Part shown: positions 35,442 through 46,018 of the stretch, one piece after another | Position numbering within the stretch: the stretch's first letter is position 1 | How the letters are laid out: every line of letters starts with the position of its first letter | Assembly (NCBI GenBank): GCA_964496595.1 | Contig: CAZCAI010000001.1 | Coordinates: forward strand, 22,514-86,513 | Length of the DNA stretch: 64,000 bases | Source: an uncultured Anaerolineales bacterium | GTDB taxonomy: Bacteria > Chloroflexota > Anaerolineae > B4-G1 > SLSP01 | Direction: 5' to 3' | Program-made: the position numbers and the translations under genes | Notes under the pieces: generated by a model | The model's input: the letters and a program-made list of their open reading frames with translations, nothing else | The model's database searches: none | What the model was told of the DNA's origin: nothing

Positions 35442-37040
35442 ATGAGAGCTGATAAGCCTCTACTGTGTATCCACGGTCATTTTTACCAACCGCCACGTGA
35501 AAACCCCTTCACCGGCGCATACCGCTATGAACCCACGGCGGCGCCGTTCCCCAATTGGAATGCTCGCATCACCCGCGAATGTTACGATCCCAACGCCAGC
35601 GTTGGCAACTTTCAGCGCATTAGCTTTAACTTGGGCGGCACCCTGGCGCGCTGGATGGATCTTGAGGGCCATTCGACCTATGAGAAGATCGTCGCGGCGG
35701 TGCAGGCCTATCAGAGCGGCTACGGCGTCAGCAATGGGATCGCCCAATCCGTCCATCACACGATTTTGCCCCTGGCCCGGGGGCGTGATAAGCGCTGTCA
35801 GGTGCGCTGGGGCGTCGCCAGCTACAAACATCGTTTCGGCGCGCGGCCCGATGGCATCTGGCTTCCGGAGATGGCCGTCGATTATCAGACCTTGGAGGCG
35901 GTTGCCGAAACGGGTATCTGGTTCGTTATCCTCTCTCAGGAACAGGTGCGGGGGAATCTTTCCTATGGCGCGGGGCCGTACAAAGTTCGTCTTTCCACTG
36001 GCCGCTTCCTCACAGTCTTTGTGCGCGATGCCGGGCTCTCAAATTACCTCTCGTTTAATATGCCCGCGGCGGATGATGCTCGCACCTGGATGAACGATGT
36101 TCTACGTGGGCGCTCGCCTGGATCATTGACGCTCATCGCGACGGATGGCGAGACCTTTGGTCATCATCACCGGCAGGGTGTGGAGGTGCTTCGACGCTTG
36201 ACCACGCCGACGTTCCATGACGCCTACGAGGTGACGACCTTGAGTCGCTACCTTCGCCAGCAGCCGCCCGTGGGTGAGATCGAGATCATCGAGAACACGG
36301 CGTGGAGTTGTAGCCACAATTTAGGGCGCTGGGCGACCGGTTGCCCTTGTACAGAGGGTTGCGGTCACTGGAAAGGGGCGCTGCGACGCGCTCTGGATAA
36401 CCTCTCGCGGGAGATCGACGGTATCTACGCCGATGTCTTCCGCCGGCGCGATATCGCGCCGTGGCGCGTGCGAGATGAGTACATCAGCGTGCTGTTGGGC
36501 GAAATGGATGATGCGACCTTCTTGACCGAGCATCACTTAGGGCATCTCTCGACCATAGCGCAGCGGCGGATATTGAGTCTCTTGCGCTCCCAAGTGCATC
36601 GCCAGCGAATGTTTGCAAGCTGCGCCTTCTTCTTTGAGGATTTGGAGCGCATCGAGCCGCGCTATGCGATTGCCAATGCCGTGCAAGCGATGGCCTTGAT
36701 TTCTTATGCGACCGGCGACGATCTCACGCGCTCGTTCCGGCGGGATTTGAGCGTCGCAGTGAGCCAGAACACGGGCCGCACCGGCGCGCAAATCTTGGAT
36801 GAGATTCTTGAGCGCGCCAATCTGGGGATCAGCCCGTTGGGCGGTGATATGGAATCGACGCGCCCGGAGGATTTAGAAGAGGCCCAGGATGCGAGTCCCG
36901 CCGCTTCGCCAGTAATAGAGGATATAGAGGATACGGACGCGGCTCTCTCCGAAGAAGTATCCGAACCGGCAGATGAATCGGCGGATGATGAAGCTGTCGT
37001 GAATGTCGAGACGACGTCGGACACAGAACCCTCGGTGTAA
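35442..37040 (+). CDS. Glycoside hydrolase family 57 protein (alpha-glucan-acting), with an acidic C-terminal tail.
   Basis: CIHGHFYQPPRENPFTG is a GH57 hallmark. Lies in the glycogen cluster after glgA. 532 aa. Confidence 0.8.
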   Translation: MRADKPLLCIHGHFYQPPRENPFTGAYRYEPTAAPFPNWNARITRECYDPNASVGNFQRISFNLGGTLARWMDLEGHSTYEKIVAAVQAYQSGYGVSNGIAQSVHHTILPLARGRDKRCQVRWGVASYKHRFGARPDGIWLPEMAVDYQTLEAVAETGIWFVILSQEQVRGNLSYGAGPYKVRLSTGRFLTVFVRDAGLSNYLSFNMPAADDARTWMNDVLRGRSPGSLTLIATDGETFGHHHRQGVEVLRRLTTPTFHDAYEVTTLSRYLRQQPPVGEIEIIENTAWSCSHNLGRWATGCPCTEGCGHWKGALRRALDNLSREIDGIYADVFRRRDIAPWRVRDEYISVLLGEMDDATFLTEHHLGHLSTIAQRRILSLLRSQVHRQRMFASCAFFFEDLERIEPRYAIANAVQAMALISYATGDDLTRSFRRDLSVAVSQNTGRTGAQILDEILERANLGISPLGGDMESTRPEDLEEAQDASPAASPVIEDIEDTDAALSEEVSEPADESADDEAVVNVETTSDTEPSV

Positions 37041-37067
37041 CCTTGCGGTGTAAGGTGTAGATCGAAA

Positions 37068-37100
37068 CGCATTTTAGAGCACCTTCTGGTTTTTGCAGGA
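37068..37100 (+). terminator. Rho-independent terminator-like hairpin after the GH57 gene (AGCACCT...AGGTGCTTTTC).
   Basis: 7-bp stem, loop, then a TTTT run, 28 nt after the stop. Confidence 0.5.
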
Positions 37101-37129
37101 GGTGCTTTTCTTGTCCTTCAATCGATGGA

Positions 37130-38002
37130 GTGTGGAAAATGAGTGTGATCGTTTTAGGTAGCCTCAATATGGATTTAGTCGCTCGCGCGCCGCGCCTGCC
37201 CGCGCCGGGGGAGACCGTGACTGGATCGGCGTTCTCGACGGCGCCGGGCGGCAAGGGTGCGAATCAGGCCGTGGCTGCGGCGCGACTTGGCGCGCCCACT
37301 CGGATGGTCGGGCGCGTCGGCGCGGATGCGTATGGTGATGCCCTGCGCGCCAGCTTGCGCGCCGCCGGCGTGGATACGCGGCTCATCCAGACGGACAAGA
37401 CAACCTCGACCGGCGTCGCCATCATCGCGGTGGACGACGCCGGTGAAAACAGCATCATCGTCATCCCCGGCGCGAACGGCGGACTGGACGGTACCGACGT
37501 CGCGCGACTTGACGATCATCTCGCCGGGGGCGATGTCCTGCTCTTGCAACTTGAGGCGCCGATGGCCGTTAACCTCGCGGCGGCCCGCGCTGCACACGAG
37601 CGGCGCGTCACGATCATCTTGGACCCCGCACCGGCGCAGGCGCTGCCGGATGAACTCTACTCCCTGGTCGATATCCTCACACCCAACCAGGTCGAGGCCG
37701 CGCACCTCACCGGAATCACGATCAACGGCCGGGAGGATGCCGCCCGCGCCGCCGAGGCTCTGCTGGCGAAGGGCGCGCACACAGTCATCGTCAAGCTGGG
37801 CGCAGCCGGCGCGCTCTACCGGAGCGCCGCTAGCCAGGGCTTCGCGCCGGCGTTTAAGGTTGCGGCGGTGGATACGGTTGCGGCGGGCGATGCTTTCAAC
37901 GGCGGATTGGCCGCCGGGCTGAGCGCCGGTCATACACTGTCGGAGGCCGTGCGGCGGGGATGTGCGGTGGCAGCGTTGTCTGTGACGCGCAGCGGCGCGT
38001 AG
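37130..38002 (+). CDS. rbsK: Ribokinase (PfkB family).
   Basis: VLGSLNMDLV...GGKGANQAVAA... and C-terminal DTVAAGDAFNGG signature. 290 aa. Confidence 0.8.
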   Translation: MWKMSVIVLGSLNMDLVARAPRLPAPGETVTGSAFSTAPGGKGANQAVAAARLGAPTRMVGRVGADAYGDALRASLRAAGVDTRLIQTDKTTSTGVAIIAVDDAGENSIIVIPGANGGLDGTDVARLDDHLAGGDVLLLQLEAPMAVNLAAARAAHERRVTIILDPAPAQALPDELYSLVDILTPNQVEAAHLTGITINGREDAARAAEALLAKGAHTVIVKLGAAGALYRSAASQGFAPAFKVAAVDTVAAGDAFNGGLAAGLSAGHTLSEAVRRGCAVAALSVTRSGA

Positions 38003-38217
38003 TCCTCGATGCCCACAGCCTCGGAGGTGAGGGCATTCTTAAATAATTCCGGCGTTGATTTCGCGTAGTCATAAAGCGATTTATGGAAAAAGGCTACTTC
38101 TTTGCTTTTCTGATTAAGGTAAAAATAGACTATGCGAAATAAACTGCCGCAGTACGGGCCTTATTTTGACCAGAGCCAGAGGTTGTCATTCCTTACCTTT
38201 GCGTTACAATCAATCGT

Positions 38218-41200
38218 ATGAATATAATAGATACAAATAAAACAACACGCGAAACAATTAGCTTATCCCCGCGCATTTTTTATACGTTTCTCCTATTGAT
38301 TTTCCTGGTCGCGGGCGCCTTTCGCTTCTATCAGCTCGATTGGGATGTTGGCACGCACTTGCATCCCGATGAGCGTTATCTCACGATGGTGGCCGGCGCG
38401 ATTCGCTTCCCGGAGAGCCTCAGTCAGTATTGGGATACCTCAAGTTCGCCGCTGAATCCTGCTAACCACGAATCGTTCGCAGGCTATGTCTACGGCACGC
38501 TGCCGCTCTTCGTGACACGCGCCGTGGGGGAGGCGTTGGATTCAGCCTGCGCCGATCCCGCCGGCTTGGGCGGGCGTCTGGTTCGAGCGTTTTTAGCCTC
38601 GCCGGAGATGTGCTCGCCGGGACGCTTTACGGGCTATAGCGGCATCCACCTGGTGGGGAGGGCGCTTTCCTCTGTAGCCGATTTGATGACGTTGCTCGCC
38701 TTGATCCTCTTGGCGCGTATGCTCTATGGGGATCGCGTGGCCCTGCTATCCGGCGCGCTCTATGCCTGCGCTGTGCTACCGATTCAACACGCGCATTTTT
38801 TCGTCGTCGATAGCTTCGCTGCCGTCTTCGTCATCTGGACGCTCACGTTAGCCATGTACGCTATCCATTCGGATCAGATGTGGTCTCTTATGCTCGCCGG
38901 CGTGACGACAGGATTAGCCGTCGCCTGCAAGATCAGCGTGTGGCCCGTGGCCGGGATGGTGGGCCTGGCCGGGTTGATCTTCCGCCGCCAGGATGAGACG
39001 ACGGGCCGTGCATATTACGCTCTCGATCTCACAGCCCCGCGCGTCGTCGCGCTCGTGCTCTCCGGGATCGGCGCCGCGCTGGCGTTCCGCATCGCGCAAC
39101 CCTATGCCTTCGCCGGGCCAGGCTTCATCAGCCTGCGACTTAATCCCCACTGGTTAGACAATATGCGCTCTATACAGCGCCTGGTCACCGGCCAGGCCGA
39201 TGCGCCGCCCGGCCATCAATGGGCCAATCGCGCCCGGATCATCTTCCCGGCCCGCAATATGATCGTCTGGGGTTTGGGGCTGCCGCTGGGTCTGACGGCC
39301 TGGATCGCCTGGGCCGTGATGGGCTGGCGCACACTGCGCCAGCAACAGTGGCGCCATCTGCTGCCGTGGAGCTGGGGAACGCTCTTCTTCCTCTACCAGG
39401 GCACGCAGTGGGTCAAATCGATGCGCTATCTGCTGCCGATTTATCCCGTCTTCGTGCTTTTCGCCGCGTGGCTGTTGGTTCAGTTGACGCGCAAAACCTG
39501 GACGCGCCCCCGTATCGACAAAATCTGGCGGATCGGGAGCCGCGTGCTCCGCGGCGGCGTGTTGCTCGGCGCCGCGCTGTGGGCGGTGGCATTCTTGCAG
39601 ATCTATGCCCGTCCCGTCACGCGCATCGAGGCCTCGGAGTGGATGTTTGATAATCTTCCCACCGCCATCACCCTGAAAACCATTCAAGGCGTGAAAATCC
39701 AGGTCCCTATTCGAGAGTTGACGCTCAATAAGGCCAGCGCATCGGTCCGACTCTCAATCCCCTGGTCGCATCCCGAGGCGCAACCGGAGCACATCATGTT
39801 GAACAAAGTGAGCGGGGTGGGGGTCGCAGGCGAGCGGGAGATCCGCATTATATTGGCGGAGGATCCGCATCAACAGACGATCCTGGCCGAGGCCATCGCT
39901 ACCGCCGATGTGCCGGCTCTGGGCAACACGTCCGTGACGGCGCTTTTACCCGCATCAATGCGAGAGTGGACGGCGGACGAAGATCTATACCTCTTTATCG
40001 ACTTGCTATCGGGTCCGGCGATTAAACTGGAAACCTCAGTGATCGCCAATGAGCATTGGGATGATCCGCTGCCCTTGCGCATCGATGGCCGCGATCCCTT
40101 TGGCAATTGGTACCAGGGCGTCACAGCGATGCACGGCGGCTTGATGACGCTCTATGATAATGACACCATCGAGAAGCGCGAGCAACTGCTCAACGCGCTC
40201 GACGAGGTGGATTACATCGCGCTCTCCAGCAACCGCCTCTACGGCTCGATCCCGCGCCTTCCGATGCGCTATCCGTTGACCACGGCCTACTACGACGCGC
40301 TCTTCGATGGCAGTTTGGGCTTCAAATTACTGGCGAAGTTCGTCTCCTATCCGGCGCTGGGGCCGTGTCAATTCCCAGATCAAGAATCGCCCTTTGAAAT
40401 CCCCCCGGCGACTTATACGAACGCCCTTCCTTGCTCGGTTCCCTTGCCGCCGGCCGAGGAAGCCTTCAGCGTCTACGATCACCCCCGGGTATTGATCTTT
40501 GCCAAGACACCCGCGTATTCTCGCGCGAATGCGGAGTTCGCGCTCCCCGCCTCGCTGCTGAACGATGTTCAATGGATGACGCCGCGCGATGCCACGCGGG
40601 GAAGCGCTGGCGAAGAGAGCGCGAAGTTGATTATGTCGCCGGAGATGCGAGAGGCGCAGGAATCCGGCGGAACATGGTCGCAGCTCTTTAATCGCGACGC
40701 CTGGCACAATCGATTCCAGCCGTTAGCGGTGCTGCTCTGGTGGATGATGGTGACCCTGCTGGGATGGATGGGGTTTGTGGCGCTTTATCATATCTTCCCC
40801 GCGCTCCGCTATCGCGGCTACGGCTTGGGTAAAGCCGCCGGTCTATTGCTGTGGGCTTACCCGGCGTGGCTGCTGGCCGGCGTGTATCTCGTGCCGCACA
40901 TGCGCGTGCTGCTGTGGGCCGTGTTCTTCGTTGAAATCGGCATCGCGGCAGCGGTGGTGCGAAATAAGTTCCCTGAATTCCGAACGTTTGTTCTAACACA
41001 CTGGCGCGCTCTTCTGCGCATCGAGGGGATCTTCTTAACGCTCTTCTTAGTCTGGGTCGGCATGCGCTATCTCAACCCCGATCTGTGGCATCCCGTGGTC
41101 GGCGGCGAGAAACCGATGGACTTAGCCTATCTCAACGCCGTGATCAAATCCACCTGGTTTCCGCCCTACGATCCGTGGTTCGCCGGCGGGGTGATGAACT

Positions 41201-43314
41201 ACTACTACTTCGGCTTCGTGCTGGTCGGCGCGCTGATCAAGGCGCTGGGCATCGTACCCAGCATCGGCTACAACCTGGCGATCCCGATGCTCTTCGCGAT
41301 GACGGGGGTGGGGGCCTACACTTTGGCCTCCAATCTGGCCGGGGACGGCGAACGCCGCGGCCATCGGGCCGGCCTGCTGGGAGTGTTGCTCGTGCTGCTC
41401 CTGGGCAACTTAGGCGAGATACGGTTGCTCCAGGCCGGATTTGCAAAGATCGGCGATGTACAATTCGATAGTCTAATTCCCGGCTATTCCACCTGGGTCT
41501 CGGCTCTGGTTGGCGTCTGGAAAGTCCTCTTCGAGGGGGAGCGACTGATGTTCCGCACCGAGTGGTGGTACTGGAACGCCACCCGCATCCTGACGGCCAC
41601 AGGCAGCGACATCGGCGCGATCAACGAGTTCCCGATCTTCTCATTCCTCTATGGCGACCTTCACGCGCACGTGATGGCCTATCCGCTGACGCAGTTGGCT
41701 TTAGCTATCGCAATCCAGTGGGCCGTGGGGATTCAACACAGGCTGCGCGTTACGCCTCAGGGCTGGCGCGCCTATCTGAGTGAGCTTCTACCGCGGCCTC
41801 TTGGCTCTTTCTTCTTCGCGGCGTTGATCGCCGGCGCGCTTCGCGCGACCAACACCTGGGATTATCCCACCTACATCGGCGTGATGAGCGTCGCCCTGCT
41901 CTTAAACGTCTTTTTTTCATTAGAGTCCGCCAGATCAGTAAGCAAAGCTGCTGAATCTGCCGATGAAGCAGATCAGACAGAAACCATAGAGGAAACTAAA
42001 TCTGCGCCGCCTATGCCGCCTATGCCGCCTATGCCGCCTATGCCGCCTATGCCCCAGTGGCTTTGCGCTGCGCTCAAATTAGCCACGCCTTTTCTGATCG
42101 TCGCCCTGGCCGAGCTGTTGTTTCGTCCCTTCACCGCGAATTACGCCGTCGCTTATAGCGCCTTCGAGCGCTGGGAAGGGGGGCGCACGCCCGTGGGGAA
42201 ATACCTGATTATGCACGGGCACTTCCTCTTCCCCATCACGTTGTTGGCGCTGGCGGAAGGGTGGGGCGCTATTCGGGGCTGGTTCGGGGAAGGGATTGAT
42301 CTCGCGGAAGAGAGCTTCTTGGAGAGATCTAACACCGTTGCCTGGTGGTCGGTCGTCATCGTAGCGGCACTGCTATTGATGAGCATTTTGCTGATCTTAG
42401 AAGTGCAGGTTGCGTGGATCGCCGTGCCGCTGGGCGTCATCGCCGGAATATTGGTCATCGCGCCGGATACGGCCCCGCGCGCTCGATTACTGTGGTTTAT
42501 GACCGGCTCCGCGATGGCGCTCAGCTTGATGGTGGAGCTGTTAGTACTGCGCGGCGACATCGGGCGGATGAATACGGTCTTCAAGTTCTATCTTCAGGTG
42601 TGGATGTTGCTGGCGCTCAGCGCTGCCGTCGCTGTCGAGCGATTGCTGCATCTGGTGATGTCGGCGCCTGAAGCGATGACCGGGGAGAACCCACTGAAGC
42701 GCCTCTATCGCGATACGTGGGTGGGGGACGCCATCATCGTCGGCCTAACGCTGCTCCTCTTCGCGACGGCGCTTTATACAGCCCTGGCGCTGCCGGCGCG
42801 CGTGCGCGATCGCTGGCGTCCAGAAGCGCCGCACACGTTGGATGGAGCGGCTTATATGTCCTACGCGGTACAATATGAACAAGGCAGTGAGATTCCATTG
42901 CGTGTGGACGCGGGCGTGATCCGCTGGCTTCAGGAGAACGTGAGCGGCTCCCCCACGATCATCGAGGGGCAGGCAGAGCGCGAGTATCTCTGGGGCAATC
43001 GGGTCAGCGTTTATACCGGCTTACCGGCGGTGACAGCGTGGCGCTGGCACCAGGTTCAGCAGCGGATGGCGATGCCGGGCGGCGTCGTGGAGCAGCGGCA
43101 GATGGACATCCGCAGCTTCTACAACACGCCCGATCCGAAGGTCGCGCGACAGATTCTGGAGCGCTACGAGGTCGAGTACGTCATTATGACGCCCTATGAA
43201 CGAGCCTATATGCTGCCGGAGGGTGAGACCAAATTCGCGCCGATGGTCAAGCGGGGCTGGCTGGAGATCGTCTACAAAACCGCTGAGGCTACGATTTATC
43301 GCGTGGGGCCGTGA
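38218..43314 (+). CDS. Very large polytopic membrane protein, GT-C-fold glycosyltransferase-like (DUF2298/ArnT/PMT-like N-terminal domain), with an internal (PMP)n repeat.
   Basis: 1698 aa with >20 predicted TM helices. N-terminal loop motif HPDERYLT after TM1 is typical of GT-C enzymes. The family assignment is inference. Confidence 0.7.
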   Translation: MNIIDTNKTTRETISLSPRIFYTFLLLIFLVAGAFRFYQLDWDVGTHLHPDERYLTMVAGAIRFPESLSQYWDTSSSPLNPANHESFAGYVYGTLPLFVTRAVGEALDSACADPAGLGGRLVRAFLASPEMCSPGRFTGYSGIHLVGRALSSVADLMTLLALILLARMLYGDRVALLSGALYACAVLPIQHAHFFVVDSFAAVFVIWTLTLAMYAIHSDQMWSLMLAGVTTGLAVACKISVWPVAGMVGLAGLIFRRQDETTGRAYYALDLTAPRVVALVLSGIGAALAFRIAQPYAFAGPGFISLRLNPHWLDNMRSIQRLVTGQADAPPGHQWANRARIIFPARNMIVWGLGLPLGLTAWIAWAVMGWRTLRQQQWRHLLPWSWGTLFFLYQGTQWVKSMRYLLPIYPVFVLFAAWLLVQLTRKTWTRPRIDKIWRIGSRVLRGGVLLGAALWAVAFLQIYARPVTRIEASEWMFDNLPTAITLKTIQGVKIQVPIRELTLNKASASVRLSIPWSHPEAQPEHIMLNKVSGVGVAGEREIRIILAEDPHQQTILAEAIATADVPALGNTSVTALLPASMREWTADEDLYLFIDLLSGPAIKLETSVIANEHWDDPLPLRIDGRDPFGNWYQGVTAMHGGLMTLYDNDTIEKREQLLNALDEVDYIALSSNRLYGSIPRLPMRYPLTTAYYDALFDGSLGFKLLAKFVSYPALGPCQFPDQESPFEIPPATYTNALPCSVPLPPAEEAFSVYDHPRVLIFAKTPAYSRANAEFALPASLLNDVQWMTPRDATRGSAGEESAKLIMSPEMREAQESGGTWSQLFNRDAWHNRFQPLAVLLWWMMVTLLGWMGFVALYHIFPALRYRGYGLGKAAGLLLWAYPAWLLAGVYLVPHMRVLLWAVFFVEIGIAAAVVRNKFPEFRTFVLTHWRALLRIEGIFLTLFLVWVGMRYLNPDLWHPVVGGEKPMDLAYLNAVIKSTWFPPYDPWFAGGVMNYYYFGFVLVGALIKALGIVPSIGYNLAIPMLFAMTGVGAYTLASNLAGDGERRGHRAGLLGVLLVLLLGNLGEIRLLQAGFAKIGDVQFDSLIPGYSTWVSALVGVWKVLFEGERLMFRTEWWYWNATRILTATGSDIGAINEFPIFSFLYGDLHAHVMAYPLTQLALAIAIQWAVGIQHRLRVTPQGWRAYLSELLPRPLGSFFFAALIAGALRATNTWDYPTYIGVMSVALLLNVFFSLESARSVSKAAESADEADQTETIEETKSAPPMPPMPPMPPMPPMPQWLCAALKLATPFLIVALAELLFRPFTANYAVAYSAFERWEGGRTPVGKYLIMHGHFLFPITLLALAEGWGAIRGWFGEGIDLAEESFLERSNTVAWWSVVIVAALLLMSILLILEVQVAWIAVPLGVIAGILVIAPDTAPRARLLWFMTGSAMALSLMVELLVLRGDIGRMNTVFKFYLQVWMLLALSAAVAVERLLHLVMSAPEAMTGENPLKRLYRDTWVGDAIIVGLTLLLFATALYTALALPARVRDRWRPEAPHTLDGAAYMSYAVQYEQGSEIPLRVDAGVIRWLQENVSGSPTIIEGQAEREYLWGNRVSVYTGLPAVTAWRWHQVQQRMAMPGGVVEQRQMDIRSFYNTPDPKVARQILERYEVEYVIMTPYERAYMLPEGETKFAPMVKRGWLEIVYKTAEATIYRVGP
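42007..42051 (+). repeat. In-frame 9-bp tandem repeat x5 (CCGCCTATG) encoding PPMPPMPPMPPMPPM within the 38218 gene.
   Basis: Read directly from the sequence. Confidence 0.8.
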
Positions 43315-44089
43315 TGGCGTAGAGTGTCAGATCATTGCTGTGGCCGTCCGCGCGGAACATTTCTTCGATGCGGAGGCCCGCAGCCTCGGCCAGGCGGCGG
43401 GTCTCCTCCTCATCTATCAGATGGACATAGCGCAAGCCATAACCATCGCGCTTCCAATCCAACAGATAATCTCCCGGCTCGACATCCTCCTCCGGGCGCA
43501 ACCCGATGGTCTCCCACGGCAGGAAACGCTTTCGCAGGCGCGGGATGGCGGTGAATTGCCAGTTTGCCAGCGCCAGGCATCCCTCCGGCGCCAGCAGAGA
43601 GGCGGCCTGCGTTACGATCTCGCAGCGGTGTTCAAAGCCGGGGACGTGATGTAATACCGCACGGAGCAAAATCCAATCGTAGCGGGGAAAAATCTCCGCG
43701 ACCAATTCCGGCCACGGATCGGCAACCAAGTCCGCCGCGATAAAGTGCGATGCTTGTAGCGTAGGGGCTTCGGCCTGCGAGGCCATCACGCGAGCCTTCG
43801 CCAGCGCCAAAATCTCCGCCGAAAAATCCACGCCCACATAACGGCAGCCCCTCGGCAATTGAAGCGCCACGCGCCCGTTGCCGCAGCCCAGATCCAAGAA
43901 GCGATCCTCGGCTTCAACGCGCGCCAGAATGCGCTCGACTCCCGGCTCCGTCGCCGCCCGCGAATCGGCAAACGACCCGGCGAACTCGTCGTAAAACGCG
44001 CGATTCAACTCGCGCAATTGCTTCACTACAGATTCTTTCATTTCTCCCATAACACCCACAAGTATAATCGGCCCCAAGCCGATTGACAA
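43289..44089 (-). CDS. Class I SAM-dependent methyltransferase.
   Basis: Motif I LDLGCGNGRVAL and a downstream acidic motif. 266 aa. Its 3' end overlaps the 38218 gene convergently by ~26 bp. Confidence 0.75.
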   Translation of the reverse strand: MSIGLGPIILVGVMGEMKESVVKQLRELNRAFYDEFAGSFADSRAATEPGVERILARVEAEDRFLDLGCGNGRVALQLPRGCRYVGVDFSAEILALAKARVMASQAEAPTLQASHFIAADLVADPWPELVAEIFPRYDWILLRAVLHHVPGFEHRCEIVTQAASLLAPEGCLALANWQFTAIPRLRKRFLPWETIGLRPEEDVEPGDYLLDWKRDGYGLRYVHLIDEEETRRLAEAAGLRIEEMFRADGHSNDLTLYAITAPRDKS

Positions 44090-44116
44090 GCTTGCCTACG
44101 AAATGGAATGCTAATG

Positions 44117-44158
44117 GAAAAACGCCACTCCGCTAGCGCTTCGAGGCTTACTACGAAC
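44117..44158. repeat. Repeat family 2, copy B.
   Basis: GGAAAAACGCCACTCCGCTAGCGCTTCGAGGCTTACTACGAAC. See 10636-10692. Confidence 0.6.
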
Positions 44159-44189
44159 GAAAAAGGCTGATGTGTTATGATGTGTTATA

Positions 44190-45815
44190 ATGAGGGCTAT
44201 GACAAAGAACGGCATACCAGAGACCTTAGATTTAGATACGCCAGAAGAGCGCGAGACCGTTCTGGGTGCATTACGCGCCATCCAGGCGCTGCCCCCGGAT
44301 CAAGTGAAGGATAGGCTGATGTCGATTCTGCGGCGATACCCGCGCCCGGAAGGCGGCTTGTACGCCAAGTCGCAGCTCCTCGATGCCTACGCGCGATTCG
44401 TGGAGGAGGGGGCCTTCGCGCGCGATCCGGCGCTCAAGCGGCGATTGCGCGGGCGCCCCGTGCGGACGATCTCCGGCGTGGCGCCGGTTGCCGTGCTGAC
44501 CGAGCCGTACGAATGTCCCGGCGAGTGCATCTTCTGCCCGGAGCAGGCCCAGGCGCCCAAGAGTTACCTGGATGGCGAGCCGGGCGTGCTGCGCGCCATC
44601 CAGAACAACTACGATCCCTATGAGCAAACGCACGTCCGCATCCAGGCGTTGGAGGCGTTGGGCCATGCCACCGATAAAATCGAGTTGCTCATTCTGGGCG
44701 GGACGTGGTCGTATTACCCGGAGAGCTATCAGGCGTGGTTCCTCCGCCGCTGTTTCGACGCGATGAACGAGACGGCGTCGGAGACCCTGGAGGCGGCGCT
44801 GCGCTATAATGAGATGGCGCCGCATCGTAACGTGGGCCTGGTCATCGAGACACGCCCGGATTGGATCACGCCGGAGGAGGTCATGCGCCTGCGTCGCCAG
44901 GGCGTGACCAAGGTGCAGATCGGTGTGCAATCATTGGATGATCGCGTCCTGAAGCTGAATCGTCGCGGCCATACCGTCGCGGATACCAAACGCGCGATGC
45001 GTCTACTGCGCCTGGCGGGCTTCAAGATCGTCCTGCACTGGATGCCCAATCTCTACGGCGCGACGTTAGACTCCGACTTAGAGGACTTTAAACGGCTATG
45101 GGATGACCCCGCCATCCGGCCTGATGAAATGAAAATCTACCCGACGGCGCTATTGGAACACACCGGATTGTACAAGCTCTGGCAACAGGGCAAATACAAT
45201 CCGTATACCGAAGAAGACCTGATCGAGTTGCTGAAGCAATGCAAATTGTTGATTCTACCCTACTGCCGCGTAAATAGATTGATGCGCGATATTCCGGCGC
45301 AATATATTATCGCAGGAACGACCAAGAGCAATCTGCGCCAAATCATCCAGCAACGGATGGCCAAAGAGGGCTTGCGCTGTCAGTGCATTCGATGTCGCGA
45401 GGTGCGCGGCAAGGTCCAGGCGGATTTTGAGGACGTGACCTTGGACATGGTCTCATACACGACCGACGCTACGCAGGAGCATTTTCTCCAATATCTCACG
45501 CCGGGCGGATATTTGGCCGGCTTTCTGCGGCTCTCGTTGTCGCACAGCCCGCGCGACGAACTGGCGATCCCGGAGATTCGCACAGCGGCGATGATCCGCG
45601 AGGTGCACGTCTACGGCCCGGCGCAGGCGCTGGGCGCGCGCGGACGCGGCGGTCAGCATCGCGGCTTAGGTACAGAACTGCTGGAGATCGCCGCTGAGAT
45701 GGCGCGCGACGCGGGATTCGACGAACTGGCCGTGATCGCCGCTGTTGGCACGCGGCGCTACTATCGCGAGCGCGGCTTTACGGAAGGGTCGTTATATCCA
45801 ATTCAACCCTTATGA
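44190..45815 (+). CDS. elp3: Elp3-family tRNA uridine(34) acetyl/carboxymethyl-transferase homologue: radical-SAM domain plus GNAT domain.
   Basis: Radical-SAM cluster motif CPGECIFCP. Elp3 central region. C-terminal GNAT (ELAVIAAVGTRRYYRERGF). 541 aa. Confidence 0.8.
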   Translation: MRAMTKNGIPETLDLDTPEERETVLGALRAIQALPPDQVKDRLMSILRRYPRPEGGLYAKSQLLDAYARFVEEGAFARDPALKRRLRGRPVRTISGVAPVAVLTEPYECPGECIFCPEQAQAPKSYLDGEPGVLRAIQNNYDPYEQTHVRIQALEALGHATDKIELLILGGTWSYYPESYQAWFLRRCFDAMNETASETLEAALRYNEMAPHRNVGLVIETRPDWITPEEVMRLRRQGVTKVQIGVQSLDDRVLKLNRRGHTVADTKRAMRLLRLAGFKIVLHWMPNLYGATLDSDLEDFKRLWDDPAIRPDEMKIYPTALLEHTGLYKLWQQGKYNPYTEEDLIELLKQCKLLILPYCRVNRLMRDIPAQYIIAGTTKSNLRQIIQQRMAKEGLRCQCIRCREVRGKVQADFEDVTLDMVSYTTDATQEHFLQYLTPGGYLAGFLRLSLSHSPRDELAIPEIRTAAMIREVHVYGPAQALGARGRGGQHRGLGTELLEIAAEMARDAGFDELAVIAAVGTRRYYRERGFTEGSLYPIQPL

Positions 45816-46018
45816 CGCGATTTCAGGCCTATCTTAACATAATATATATAGTCGGAAGTTAAAATTCGTCCCCATAAGTCCCTGGGGGGCCGATTATCTC
45901 CCCAAAAAACAAGCCCGAGGTCTTGAATCTCGCTAACACTGTGTTAGAATACATAGCTATGGTTAGTATGATAACTATCTGTTTTAAATTTACCGCACTG
46001 CCGAGGAGAAAATAACGT

